Origin: an uncultured Candidatus Binatia bacterium | Lineage (GTDB): Bacteria; Desulfobacterota; Binatia; UBA9968; JAJDTQ01 | DNA: 64,000 bases | Direction of reading: 5' to 3' | Assembly: GCA_965215605.1 (NCBI GenBank) | Contig: OZ244070.1 | Span: forward strand, 2,968,158-3,032,157 | In this document: piece after piece, positions 23,657 through 35,643 of the stretch | How the letters are laid out: every line of letters starts with the position of its first letter | Numbering within the stretch: position 1 is the stretch's first letter | Translations under genes and position numbers: made by a program | Notes under the pieces: model-generated | Told to the model about the DNA's origin: nothing | The model's database searches: none | Seen by the model: the letters and a program-made list of their open reading frames with translations, nothing else

Positions 23657-25312
23657 ATGGCAAAGCGCGAAACAGTCGACGTCTGCATCGTAGGAGGCGG
23701 GGCATCGGGTCTGGTGGCGGCCAAGGAGCTCACCGAGACGGGCATGACGGTGTGCGTGCTGGAGCGGGGCCCCTGGTACAAGCGCGAGGACTTCGCCCTG
23801 GGCGATGAGCTGATGTACAAGCGGCGCAACTTCTTCTGGCCCACGGTGGAGTTGGAGCCGCGTACCTGGCGGCCCGACGCGGATACGCCCGCGGAGATCC
23901 TGTCCAACAAGACCCAGACCTTCTCCAACGCCATGTGCGTGGGCGGCGGGACCATCCACTACAGCGGGCTTTCCTGGCGGTTTCATGAGTCGGACTTCCG
24001 CGTGAAGTCCGAGGACGGTCCGGTAGCGGGCGCGACCATCGAGGATTGGCCCATCTCTTACGAGGACATGGAGCCCTTCTACGAAAAGGCGGAGTGGACC
24101 GTCGGCATCTCGGGCAAGGGCTGGTCGAACCCCTTCGATCCGCCGCGCAAGCGTGACTACCCGGTGGGGCCGGCGGCCCGCAACAGCCCCGGGGCCGCCC
24201 TGGAAAAGGGCGCCCGCAAGCTCGGCCTTCACCCGTTTCCCACCCCCCTGGCGATCCTCACCGGCGACTACGACGGCCGTCCGGGCTGCATCGGCAAGGG
24301 CATGTGCTCGGCCTACGGCTGTCCGGTGGGAGCCAAGTCCAGCACCCTGGAGTCGCTGTTGCCCAAGGCTCTGGCCACCGGCCGCCTGGAGATCCGGCCC
24401 CTCTGCCTGGCCCGGGAGATCACCCTGGACCGGGACGGGAAGGCCTCCGGCGTGACCTATTTCAACGGCGAGGGCGAGGAGGAGCACCAGCCGGCGCGCC
24501 TGGTGGTGATGGCGGCGGGCGGCGTGGAGACGGCGCGGCTGCTGCTCATGTCCGAGTCCGCGCGCTTCCCCCAGGGGTTGTCCAACCGCAGCGGCTTGGT
24601 GGGCAAGAACCTCATGTTCCATTCCCCGGGCGTGACCCTGGTGGTGACCTTCCCCGAGCCGCTGGACGGCCACAAGGGAACGTCGAGCACCCGGGTGCTC
24701 CAGGACTTCTACAAGACCGACACCAAACGGGGGTTCATCCGGGGCGGCTTCATGCATCCCCGGGCCCACGGCGGCGACCCCATCGAGCTGGCCCTCCGGC
24801 CCATCCACGGCAAGCGCTGGGGCCAGGAGCACAGGGACTCCATGCGCGAGACCTGGAGCCACTACCTGCACAGCCACTGCACCGGCGAGAGCCTTCCGGT
24901 GGAGAGCAATGCCGTGGACCTCGACCCCGACGTGACCGACTGCTACGGCCTGCCGGTGGCCCGCGTCACCTACACCAGCCACGAGAACGACGTGCGGCTG
25001 GCCACCTACCTGGGCGAGCGCTCCCGGGAAATCTACGAGGCCGCGGGAGCCACCCGGATCATCGTGCCCAAGCCCGAGACCCGCAAGCTCCACAACCACC
25101 AGATGGGCTCCTGCCGCATGGGCGACGATCCCGAGTCGTCGGTGGTGGACAAGTGGTGCCGTTCCCACGACGTGTCCAACCTCTTCATCGTCGACGCCAG
25201 CGTGTTCGTGACCGCCGCCGGCCTCAACCCCACGCTCACCATCGAGGCCAACGCGTTTCGCGTCTGCGACTACATGGTGGCCGAGGCGCGCAAGGGAAGT
25301 CTCATCCACTGA
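23657..25312 (+). CDS. GMC-family FAD-dependent oxidoreductase
   Basis: Starts at ATG 23657. FAD-binding motif VDVCIVGGGASGLVAAKEL, plus the C-terminal HQMGSCRMG and NLFIVDASVF motifs. Confidence 0.9.
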   Translation: MAKRETVDVCIVGGGASGLVAAKELTETGMTVCVLERGPWYKREDFALGDELMYKRRNFFWPTVELEPRTWRPDADTPAEILSNKTQTFSNAMCVGGGTIHYSGLSWRFHESDFRVKSEDGPVAGATIEDWPISYEDMEPFYEKAEWTVGISGKGWSNPFDPPRKRDYPVGPAARNSPGAALEKGARKLGLHPFPTPLAILTGDYDGRPGCIGKGMCSAYGCPVGAKSSTLESLLPKALATGRLEIRPLCLAREITLDRDGKASGVTYFNGEGEEEHQPARLVVMAAGGVETARLLLMSESARFPQGLSNRSGLVGKNLMFHSPGVTLVVTFPEPLDGHKGTSSTRVLQDFYKTDTKRGFIRGGFMHPRAHGGDPIELALRPIHGKRWGQEHRDSMRETWSHYLHSHCTGESLPVESNAVDLDPDVTDCYGLPVARVTYTSHENDVRLATYLGERSREIYEAAGATRIIVPKPETRKLHNHQMGSCRMGDDPESSVVDKWCRSHDVSNLFIVDASVFVTAAGLNPTLTIEANAFRVCDYMVAEARKGSLIH

Positions 25313-25406
25313 AGCGCGTGGTGGCTTTCCTTTTGCGCGCTTGTCCTGGCGGGCCTTCGGCCCGGCGCCGCCACCTCCGGTCGGCGGCGTGGCCAGGAAG
25401 GGACCG

Positions 25407-27236
<1,830 letters not shown>

Positions 27237-27296
27237 TCCCGGGACTCACCGCGGATCCGTCCAGCCCGTTCTGTGCGCACTATCCTTTTTTGGCCC

Positions 27297-28132
27297 TTAG
27301 CGGTTCCGCGTCAGCTTGGGGTCGATGATGTCGCGCAGCCCGTCTCCCAGCAGGTTGATGCCGAGGACGGTGATGAAGATGGCGATGCCGGGGAAGATGG
27401 TAAGCCAGGGGGCGCGGTACATGTAGCTGCGGCCCTCACTCAGCATGGAGCCCCAGGTGGGGATGCTGGGCGGCACGCCGAGCCCCAGGAAGCTCAGGCT
27501 CGCCTCGGTGATGATCACCACGGCCATGGCGAAGGTGGCGATGACCATGACGCTGGGCAGCGTGTTGGGGATCACGTGGCGCAGGATGATGTAGGGGTTG
27601 CTGGCTCCCAGCGCCCGGGCGGCCTGGACGAACTCGCGTTCCTTGAGCGACAGCACTTCTCCCCGGACCACCCTGCAGTACTGCACCCACCGGCTGAGCA
27701 CCAGCGCGATGATGAGATTCACGAGGCCCTGTCCCAGGAAGGCCATGATGGCGATGGCCAGCAGCAGGAACGGGAAGGCGAGAAAGATCTCCGTGGTCTT
27801 GTTGATGGTCTCGTCGAGGAGCTCGCCGAAGTATCCTGCCACGGCGCCGAGAAAGCAGCCCAGGATGCCGGCCAGGAATACGGTGGCGGCTCCCACCATC
27901 AGCGAGATGCGTGAGCCGTAGATGACCCGGCTGAGAAGATCCCGGCCCAGATTGTCGGTGCCCATGACGTGGGGATTCTCGGCCAGGTCCATCGAGGGCG
28001 GGCGGAGCCGCTGCTCCAGGGCCTGCTCCTGGGGATCGAAGGGCGCCAGCCAGGGCGCCCCCAGCCCGCAGATGCACAGCAGCAGCACGATGGCCCCGCC
28101 GCTTGCGACCTTTGCGTAGCGCCGCCAGCCGA

Positions 28133-28136
<4 letters not shown>
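27297..28136 (-). CDS. ABC transporter permease, DppC/OppC-type
   Basis: Typical EAA-loop region ARALGASNPYIILRHVIPN. The ATG at 28136 overlaps the upstream permease stop (ATGA). Confidence 0.9.
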
Positions 28137-29125
<989 letters not shown>

Positions 29126-29129
29126 GAAG

Positions 29130-30431
29130 CTACAGTCCCATCTGCGCCAGCGACCGGTCAAGCCGCTCCAGCGCTTCGTCCACGTGGTCCTTGGTGACCG
29201 TGAGCGCCGGCGTGATGCGGATCACGTTGCCCATGAGCCCGCCCTTGCCGATCAACAGCCCGTTTTGCCGGGTCAGCTCGAAAAGCCTGAGAACCGTTTC
29301 CGGGCTCGGGGTCTTGTCCGGCCCCACCATCTCGATGGCCTGCATGAGCCCCATGCCGCGGATGTCGCCCATGAGGGGGTACTTCTCCCGGAGCGCTTCC
29401 AAACCGTCCCGTAGCTGCCGTCCGCGATCGGCGGCGTTGGCCACGAGCCCTTCGTTCTCGATGACTTCGATGGTGGCCAGAGCCGCCGCGCTGGTCACCG
29501 GGTTGCCGCCGAAGGTCGATAGCGACAGCCCCTTGATGCTGTCGGCGATCTCCGGCCGGGTGATGGTGCCGCCGATGGGGACGCCGTTGGCCATGCCCTT
29601 GGCGAAGGTCATGATGTCCGGTTCCACGTCCCACTGCTCGATGCCGAACATCTTGCCGCCGGTCCGGCCCCATCCCGTCTGCACCTCGTCGCAGATGAAC
29701 AGGCCGCCGTACTTGTGCACGATGTCGGCCACCTCCCGGAAGTACTCCTTGGGCGGGGTAATGAACCCGCCGACCCCCTGGATGGGCTCCGCGATGAACG
29801 CGGCGACCTTGCCGGACGTGGCGGTCTGGATGGCGCCTTCCAGGTCCCTGGCGCATTTGAGGTCGCAGCTCGGATAGGTGAGCCCGAACGGGCAGCGGTA
29901 GCAGTAGGCATTGGGGATGTGATGGATGTTGGGGCTCGCGGTGGGATTGAGCCGCCACGTGTAGTGCCCGGTGAGGCTCATGGCGAGCTGGGAGCGCCCG
30001 CTGTAGCCGTGGCGCAGGGCGATGACGTCCTGGGAGCGGGTGTAGAGCTGGGCCACCAGCACCGCCGTCTCGTTGGCCTCGGTGCCGCTGTTGGTGAAGA
30101 AGGACTGCTTCAGCGCCCCGGGGGTGACGGCGGCGAGCTTCTCGGCCAGGCGGACGTGCGGCTCGTTGGGGTAGAGGGTCGAGGTGTGCTGGACCTTGCG
30201 GATCTGGTCCTGGATGGCGTCTACGACCTTGTCGTTGCAGTGGCCGACGCTGATGGTCACGATGCCGCCGAAGAAGTCCAGGTACTCCCGGCCCTCCACG
30301 TCGTAGACCAGGGAGTCCTTGGCCCGGTCCACCACCAGGGGCTCTTCGTAGTAGTTGGCGACGCAGGAGAAAAGGTACTCCTTGTGCTTGGCCAGTATCT
30401 CCTGCTGTTTGTGGGCTTCCATGCGACTCAT
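29130..30431 (-). CDS. Class III (omega) pyridoxal-phosphate aminotransferase
   Basis: FFTNSGTEANE, LFICDEVQTGWGRTG and TFAKGMANG (PLP lysine). The start is ambiguous among 30443 TTG, 30431 ATG and 30422 ATG. Confidence 0.9.
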   Translation of the reverse strand: MSRMEAHKQQEILAKHKEYLFSCVANYYEEPLVVDRAKDSLVYDVEGREYLDFFGGIVTISVGHCNDKVVDAIQDQIRKVQHTSTLYPNEPHVRLAEKLAAVTPGALKQSFFTNSGTEANETAVLVAQLYTRSQDVIALRHGYSGRSQLAMSLTGHYTWRLNPTASPNIHHIPNAYCYRCPFGLTYPSCDLKCARDLEGAIQTATSGKVAAFIAEPIQGVGGFITPPKEYFREVADIVHKYGGLFICDEVQTGWGRTGGKMFGIEQWDVEPDIMTFAKGMANGVPIGGTITRPEIADSIKGLSLSTFGGNPVTSAAALATIEVIENEGLVANAADRGRQLRDGLEALREKYPLMGDIRGMGLMQAIEMVGPDKTPSPETVLRLFELTRQNGLLIGKGGLMGNVIRITPALTVTKDHVDEALERLDRSLAQMGL

Positions 30432-30520
30432 CGGGAACGCCAACCTAACACAAAGCCGGCGAAACGGTCAAAGTTGGCGCCTCCATTGGCGGCCTGCCGC
30501 GCGGGCATTGCGCGAGATCG

Positions 30521-31198
30521 CTAGCGGGCCTCGCTGTAGAGCCGCTTCAAGGCAGCCGGCGGCACGCCCGCGAGAAAGAGGATCTTCAACGCCCACATGA
30601 GCAGGATGGTCCGCACCGGGCCGTGCTGCTCCCACCGCCGGGCCGAGCTCACCACGCGAGACCGGAGACAGGCGATGCGGCCTTGCTTCTTGAGGGCGCG
30701 CGAGAACGCCACGTCCTCCATCAAGGGAATGTCGGGGAAACCGCCGAGGCGTTGGAAGACGGAGCGCCGGACGAAGATGGCCTGGTCCCCCGTGGCCACC
30801 CGGGTCAGGCGCGAACGCAGGCTGATCAGGCGGCCCACCAGCCGGAGCAGCGGACGCGCGCTGTCCAGGCGGATGTCGAACCGCCCGCCCACGCACTCCG
30901 GCTCGGCCATGCAGCCTTCGACGTCGGTCCTCGCGGTGGCGGGCAGGGCGGTGTCGGCGTGCAGGAACAGCAGCGTGTCGCCGCCGGCGTGCCGTGCGCC
31001 CTCGTTCATCTGCGCGGCGCGCCCCCGGGCGGATGTCACCAGCCGGGCGGCGCGGTCGCGCACGATTTCGGGCGTGCGGTCCGCGCTGCCGCCGTCGACG
31101 ACGATGATCTCGAAAGGATCGATACGGCTCAGGTCTTCGATGGTGCCGCCGATGGTGCGTTCTTCGTTCAGGACGGGAATGATGACGGATAGCCGCAT
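30521..31198 (-). CDS. Family 2 glycosyltransferase of the radical-SAM/selenodomain-associated type
   Basis: MRLSVIIPVLNEE..EIIVVDGGSADRT..GRAAQMNEGA..LLFLHADT, starting at ATG 31198. The 528-aa track ORF is an artefactual fusion with an off-frame read of the next gene. Confidence 0.85.
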   Translation of the reverse strand: MRLSVIIPVLNEERTIGGTIEDLSRIDPFEIIVVDGGSADRTPEIVRDRAARLVTSARGRAAQMNEGARHAGGDTLLFLHADTALPATARTDVEGCMAEPECVGGRFDIRLDSARPLLRLVGRLISLRSRLTRVATGDQAIFVRRSVFQRLGGFPDIPLMEDVAFSRALKKQGRIACLRSRVVSSARRWEQHGPVRTILLMWALKILFLAGVPPAALKRLYSEAR

Positions 31199-31248
31199 GG
31201 ACGGGTTGTCCGCGGGCCGGCGAGACGGGGACTCCGCGCCCCGTCCGG

Positions 31249-32277
31249 TCAGATCAACGCGCCTCCGCAACTGCTGCCGGTGCCGGCGGTGCAGGCGAAG
31301 CAATGATCGGCCGTGAGAATGGGGTGGTCCACGAAGTCCGCCGCCGAGAAGTCCCGGATGTGCGGCCGGCTGCCGTTCACCCGGCCCAGCGGCATGTCGA
31401 GCATCTGGTTGAAATCGCAGTCGTACACCGAGCCGTCCCATGCCACGCTCAGAAGGTCGCGGCACATGACCTTTTCCAACGTCTCCGCGTTGAAGTTGTC
31501 TTCCAGGAGCTGCAGGTAGTCGTCGTACTGACCCCGCTGCTTGAGAAACTTCTTGAAGCGGGTGATGGGCATGTTGGTCAGGCAATAGAGGTGGTTGAAG
31601 ACGATCCCGAAGTCGTCCCCGAGCATGCGCCGGTAGTCCCCCTCGAGCTCTTCCTGCGGCGGCGGCAGGTAGTTGCCCATGGGGTTGTAGACCAGATTGA
31701 GCTCCAGCCCCGAATCCGGCCGGCCGTAGCCGAGCCGGTTCAACTCCTGGAGCCCGCGCACGCTCAACTCGAAGGTGCCGTTGCCGCGCTGGCTGTCGAC
31801 GTTCTCCCTGGTGTAGCAGGGCAGGGAGCAGATCACCTCGACCCGGTGTCGTTGGAAGAACTCGGGCAGGTACTCCTTGCCATCCTCGTAGAAGACCGTC
31901 AGGTTGCAACGGTCCATCACGTGGCGTCCCATGCCCCGGCAGGACTCCACCAAGTGGTCGAAGTGGGGGTTCAGTTCCGGCGCGCCGCCGGTGATGTCGA
32001 CGGTGCGGATGTCGGAGTTCTCGAGAAACCGGAGCACGTCGTCCACCGTGTTCCGGTCCATCATCTCCTTGCGGCCCGGCCCGGCCTCCACGTGGCAGTG
32101 GAAGCACGATTGGTTGCAGTACTTCCCCATGTTGACCTGGAGCACCTGTAGTTTCTGCTTGCTCATGGCCCGGCCGCTTGCAGCGACCTTGTCGTCGAAG
32201 TTTACCGTAACAACCTCCCGAGCACCGGATTGACCCGCGCCCCGCCGCAGTGTTGCAATTGGGCCTGTCTTGGTCAA
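31249..32277 (-). CDS. arsS: Radical SAM / Cys-rich-domain protein (ArsS-type)
   Basis: CxxxCxxC motif CNQSCFHC. The C-terminus is DHCFACTAGTGSSCGGALI. The start is uncertain (TTG 32277 or an internal codon). Confidence 0.85.
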   Translation of the reverse strand: MTKTGPIATLRRGAGQSGAREVVTVNFDDKVAASGRAMSKQKLQVLQVNMGKYCNQSCFHCHVEAGPGRKEMMDRNTVDDVLRFLENSDIRTVDITGGAPELNPHFDHLVESCRGMGRHVMDRCNLTVFYEDGKEYLPEFFQRHRVEVICSLPCYTRENVDSQRGNGTFELSVRGLQELNRLGYGRPDSGLELNLVYNPMGNYLPPPQEELEGDYRRMLGDDFGIVFNHLYCLTNMPITRFKKFLKQRGQYDDYLQLLEDNFNAETLEKVMCRDLLSVAWDGSVYDCDFNQMLDMPLGRVNGSRPHIRDFSAADFVDHPILTADHCFACTAGTGSSCGGALI

Positions 32278-32371
32278 GACTTGCAGCGATTTTTCTTGAT
32301 ATCCGGCACCGGTAACCGCTGCATCACGGAGGCTTCGGGGCCTTCATGACAGCCTGACTAACGGAGGCCTC

Positions 32372-32992
32372 GTGGACCCCCTTTCAAAAGAAATTCTGAC
32401 CTTTTGGTTTTGCACCGTGGACCTGAGCGTCGAGATGGAGAAACGCCAGGTATGGTTTCGGGCGACTCCGGAGTTCGACCGATATCTCGTCGAACATTAC
32501 ACGGAAATCCACGAACGGGCGGCCGCCGGCGAGTTGGACCATTTCAGGCGGACGCGGGAAGATTGCCTGACCCTGATCATGGCGCTGGATCAGTTCCCTC
32601 GGAACATCTACCGTGGTACTCCCCGCGCCTTCGCCACCGATGCCAAGGCCCGGGACATCGCCGCGTACGCTCTGGAGCAGGGTTACGACCAGGGTCTCGC
32701 CCGCTGGCCCCGGACCTTCTTCTACCTGCCCTTCGAGCACAGCGAGCGGCTGGCCGACCAGGAGCGGGCGCTGGTCCTCTACGGCAGCCTCGGCAACGAG
32801 GATTCCATGCGCGCCGCCGTCGGGCACCATGCCGCCATCAAGCGCTTTGGCCGTTTTCCCCATCGAAACGCCGTCCTGGGACGTCCCAACACCCCGGAAG
32901 AGGAAGAGTACCTCAAGGACCCGCCCCTTTGGGGCAAGACGGCGGCCGAGGCGGCGGAACTGGAGGAGCGGAAGGCGGCGGCAAAGGGATAG
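32372..32992 (+). CDS. DUF924-family protein
   Basis: ILTFWF, ALDQFPRNIYRGTPRAFATD, FYLPFEHSE and RFGRFPHRNAVLGR. GTG 32372 follows ACGGAGG. Confidence 0.8.
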   Translation: MDPLSKEILTFWFCTVDLSVEMEKRQVWFRATPEFDRYLVEHYTEIHERAAAGELDHFRRTREDCLTLIMALDQFPRNIYRGTPRAFATDAKARDIAAYALEQGYDQGLARWPRTFFYLPFEHSERLADQERALVLYGSLGNEDSMRAAVGHHAAIKRFGRFPHRNAVLGRPNTPEEEEYLKDPPLWGKTAAEAAELEERKAAAKG

Positions 32993-32998
32993 AAGCCG

Positions 32999-33179
32999 AT
33001 GATTCTGAACGGACAGCGGGGGCGTCAGCGCGGACACGGCTCTGCGTTTGGCGCGGTATTTCGGGACGACGCCGCAACTGTGGATGAACCTGCAAAAGAC
33101 CTGGGAGCTTCGCCGGGCCGAGATCGAGGCAGGCCGCGAGATCGCCGAACGTGTCACTCCAAGACAGTCGGTGGCGTGA
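32999..33179 (+). pseudogene. HigA-family antitoxin relic (5'-truncated and frameshifted)
   Basis: Frame 2 reads M-ILNGQRG. After a run of five G (33018-33022), the homology continues in frame 0 as GVSADTALRLARYFGTTPQLWMNLQKTWELRRAEIEAG..., ending at TGA 33177-33179. The N-terminal HTH half is absent. Confidence 0.6.
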
Positions 33180-33193
33180 CGAGGTGGTGACCG

Positions 33194-34291
33194 ATGCCTA
33201 TCGAGATTCCGGTCACACGAGCCCGGGACCCGAAACTCCAGCCGCGTGACGATCAGCTCGGCTTCGGCCAGGTGTTCACCGATCACATGTTCCTCATGGA
33301 CTGGGCGGTGGATACGGGTTGGGCCTACCCGCGCATTGTGCCCTACGGCCCGCTGGCGCTGGAACCGGCCACCGTCACGCTGCACTACGCCCAGAGCGTT
33401 TTCGAGGGGCTCAAGGCCTACCGCGGGCACGATGACGCCATCCGGCTGTTCCGGCCTGAGCGGAACATCGCCCGGTTCAACCGCTCGGCGGAGCGGCTGT
33501 GCGTGCCGCCCGTCGACCCGGAGCTGTTTCTGGCGGCGCTCAAGCAGCTCGTGGCGCTGGACCGGGACTGGGTGCCGCGGGCGCCGGGGACCTCGTTGTA
33601 CATCCGTCCGGTGGCATTCGCGAGCGATGCCGACCTGCATGTGCGGCCGTCCCGCACCTACGTGTTCTTCATCATCCTCTCGCCGGTGGCGGCCTACTAT
33701 GCCGAAGGCTTCAACCCGCTGCGGATTCGTGTGGAGGACCGCTACGTCCGGTCGGTGCGGGGCGGCACCGGCGCGGCCAAGACCGCCGGCAACTATGCCG
33801 GCAGCCTGCTGGCCGGAGAAGAAGCCCAAAAGGACGGCTTTGCCCAGGTGCTGTGGCTGGACGGCATCAACCAGGAGTACATCGAGGAAGTCGGCTCGAT
33901 GAACATCGCGTTCGTGATCGGCGACGAGTTGGTGACCCCGCCGCTTGCCGGCACCCTGCTGGAAGGGGTGACCCGCGACTCGGTGTTGCAGCTTGCCAGG
34001 GACGAGGGGATGCGGGTTGCCGAACGGCCGGTGAGCATTGCGGAAGTCATGGCCGCCGCGCGGGGCGGCACGTTGCGCGAGGTCTTCGGCACCGGCACCG
34101 CAGCGGTCATCTCGCCGGTGGGCGAGCTGGCTTACAGGGGTGAGCGGATCCGTGTCCATGACGGTGAGGTGGGTCCGGTGGCCCGGCGCCTTTACGACGT
34201 TCTCTCGGACATTCAGCGGGGCCGTCTGCCGGACCGGCACGGTTGGATGGCGGCGGTCGAGGACGGACAAGCAGAAAGGGGAAGCGCGTGA
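33194..34291 (+). CDS. ilvE: Branched-chain-amino-acid aminotransferase
   Basis: [33 protein letters not shown] and [12 protein letters not shown]. Confidence 0.9.
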   Translation: MPIEIPVTRARDPKLQPRDDQLGFGQVFTDHMFLMDWAVDTGWAYPRIVPYGPLALEPATVTLHYAQSVFEGLKAYRGHDDAIRLFRPERNIARFNRSAERLCVPPVDPELFLAALKQLVALDRDWVPRAPGTSLYIRPVAFASDADLHVRPSRTYVFFIILSPVAAYYAEGFNPLRIRVEDRYVRSVRGGTGAAKTAGNYAGSLLAGEEAQKDGFAQVLWLDGINQEYIEEVGSMNIAFVIGDELVTPPLAGTLLEGVTRDSVLQLARDEGMRVAERPVSIAEVMAAARGGTLREVFGTGTAAVISPVGELAYRGERIRVHDGEVGPVARRLYDVLSDIQRGRLPDRHGWMAAVEDGQAERGSA

Positions 34292-34830
34292 ACTACGATT
34301 GGATGGAAAGCCCGGTGGGGGATCTGCTGATCGCGGCGGACGACGCCGCGCTGCGGATGATCAGCTTCCGCGGGGGCCGCTACCCCGGCAAGGTGCCGGA
34401 GGGCTGGCGCCGCGGCGGCGCGGTGGTGGCGGACGCGACCGCGCAGCTCGGCGAATACTTTGCGGGGCGCCGGCGACGGTTCGACCTGCCGCTGACCCCT
34501 CCGGGGACGCCGTTTCAGTTGCGCGTCTGGCAGGCGCTTCGGGAGATTCCCTACGGCGTCACCCGTTCCTACGGCGAGCAGGCCCGGGCCATGGGACAGC
34601 CCCGGGCGGTCCGCGCGGTGGGAGCGGCCAACGGTCGCAATCCGATTCCCATCGTCGTTCCCTGTCATCGGGTGATCGGCGGCGACGGGAGATTGACCGG
34701 CTACGCCGGCGGTCTCGACATCAAGAAGTTCCTGCTCGATCTGGAGAGTCGGTACACGGGCGCCGTCGGGCGGGCGGTCCCCCCGGCGGTTCCGGACCCG
34801 TTCAGCCGGGAAGACGGAGCACGGCCATGA
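34288..34830 (+). CDS. ogt: Methylated-DNA--protein-cysteine methyltransferase
   Basis: Active site [10 protein letters not shown], with [25 protein letters not shown] upstream of it. GTG 34288 overlaps the ilvE stop; the alternative start is ATG 34303. Confidence 0.9.
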   Translation: MNYDWMESPVGDLLIAADDAALRMISFRGGRYPGKVPEGWRRGGAVVADATAQLGEYFAGRRRRFDLPLTPPGTPFQLRVWQALREIPYGVTRSYGEQARAMGQPRAVRAVGAANGRNPIPIVVPCHRVIGGDGRLTGYAGGLDIKKFLLDLESRYTGAVGRAVPPAVPDPFSREDGARP

Positions 34831-35582
34831 GACTCGAGAATCGCGTTGCCCTCGTCACCGGCGCGGCCACGGGACTGGGTCGGGCCTATGCGGTGCGCCT
34901 GGCCGAGGAAGGCGCTCACGTGTGCGCCACGGACGTGAGTTTCGCCGGGGTCGAGGGCACCGCCCGGCTGGTTACGGCGGAGGGCCGCAAGGCCTTGGCT
35001 TTGGAGATGGACGTCACCTCCGAGAAGCAGACTCTCGAAGGCGCCAAAAGGGCCTTCGACCACTTCGGCCGCATCGATATCCTGGTGAACAACGCCGGCA
35101 TCGTGCGCAACACGCCGCGGGTTCCCATCGAAGAGGCCGACGTGGCCGACTGGCACCGGATCATCGCGGTGAATCTCACCGGAACGTTTCTGGCGTCCCG
35201 GGCGGTGGTTCCCTACATGAAGCGGTCGCGCAAGGGCAAGATCATCAACATCAGCTCCAGCGTGGCGCTTCACGGCCGCACTCTGAGCCATCAGTACGCG
35301 GCCTCCAAGATGGGGGTCATCGGGCTCACCCGGGCGCTGGCCGCGGACCTCGGCCCCTTCAACATCAACGTCAACGCCATCGCGCCGGGCGGGGTGGACA
35401 CCTCGCAGGTGCGGGAGGCGCCGGAGACGCCGTCCGAGCACATGCTGCGGCAGCGCTGCATCGAGCGTCACCTCTTGCCGGAAGACCTCGACGGCGTGGT
35501 GGTCTTCCTGGCCTCGGACGACAGCGACATGATCAGCGGTCAACTGATCAACGTGGACGGCGGCCGGGTGTTCATCGCTTGA
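34827..35582 (+). CDS. SDR-family oxidoreductase (FabG-like)
   Basis: [15 protein letters not shown] and YAASK. ATG 34827 overlaps the ogt stop (ATGA). Confidence 0.9.
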   Translation: MRLENRVALVTGAATGLGRAYAVRLAEEGAHVCATDVSFAGVEGTARLVTAEGRKALALEMDVTSEKQTLEGAKRAFDHFGRIDILVNNAGIVRNTPRVPIEEADVADWHRIIAVNLTGTFLASRAVVPYMKRSRKGKIINISSSVALHGRTLSHQYAASKMGVIGLTRALAADLGPFNINVNAIAPGGVDTSQVREAPETPSEHMLRQRCIERHLLPEDLDGVVVFLASDDSDMISGQLINVDGGRVFIA

Positions 35583-35616
35583 CCCGCGCCGCCGCCGACC
35601 TTGGTTGAAGGAATTT

Positions 35617-35635
35617 CCGCGAGGACGACTCGCGG
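35617..35635. terminator. Hairpin between convergent genes (CCGCGAG-GACGA-CTCGCGG)
   Basis: 7-bp stem with a 5-nt loop. No U-tract on either strand, so terminator function is uncertain. Confidence 0.3.
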
Positions 35636-35643
35636 GCACGTGG

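Noticed and set aside
31249-31300. Possible selenocysteine (in-frame TGA) in the C-terminal Cys-rich motif of the ArsS-type protein
   Set aside because: I translated the region codon by codon. It reads CAT TGC TTC GCC TGC ACC GCC GGC ACC GGC AGC AGT TGC, so all positions are Cys TGC codons. The only TGA is the terminal stop.
30521-32107. 528-aa ORF spanning the GT2 gene and most of the radical SAM gene
   Set aside because: Same artefact. The GT2 gene begins at MRLSVIIPVLNEE (ATG 31198). The upstream part is an alternative frame of the ArsS-type gene with a low-complexity R/G/P composition.
32278-32371. Promoter-like TTGCAG...GATATC in the divergent region between the ArsS-type gene and DUF924
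   Set aside because: The hexamers are poor matches and the spacing is ambiguous, so the site is too speculative to list as a feature.
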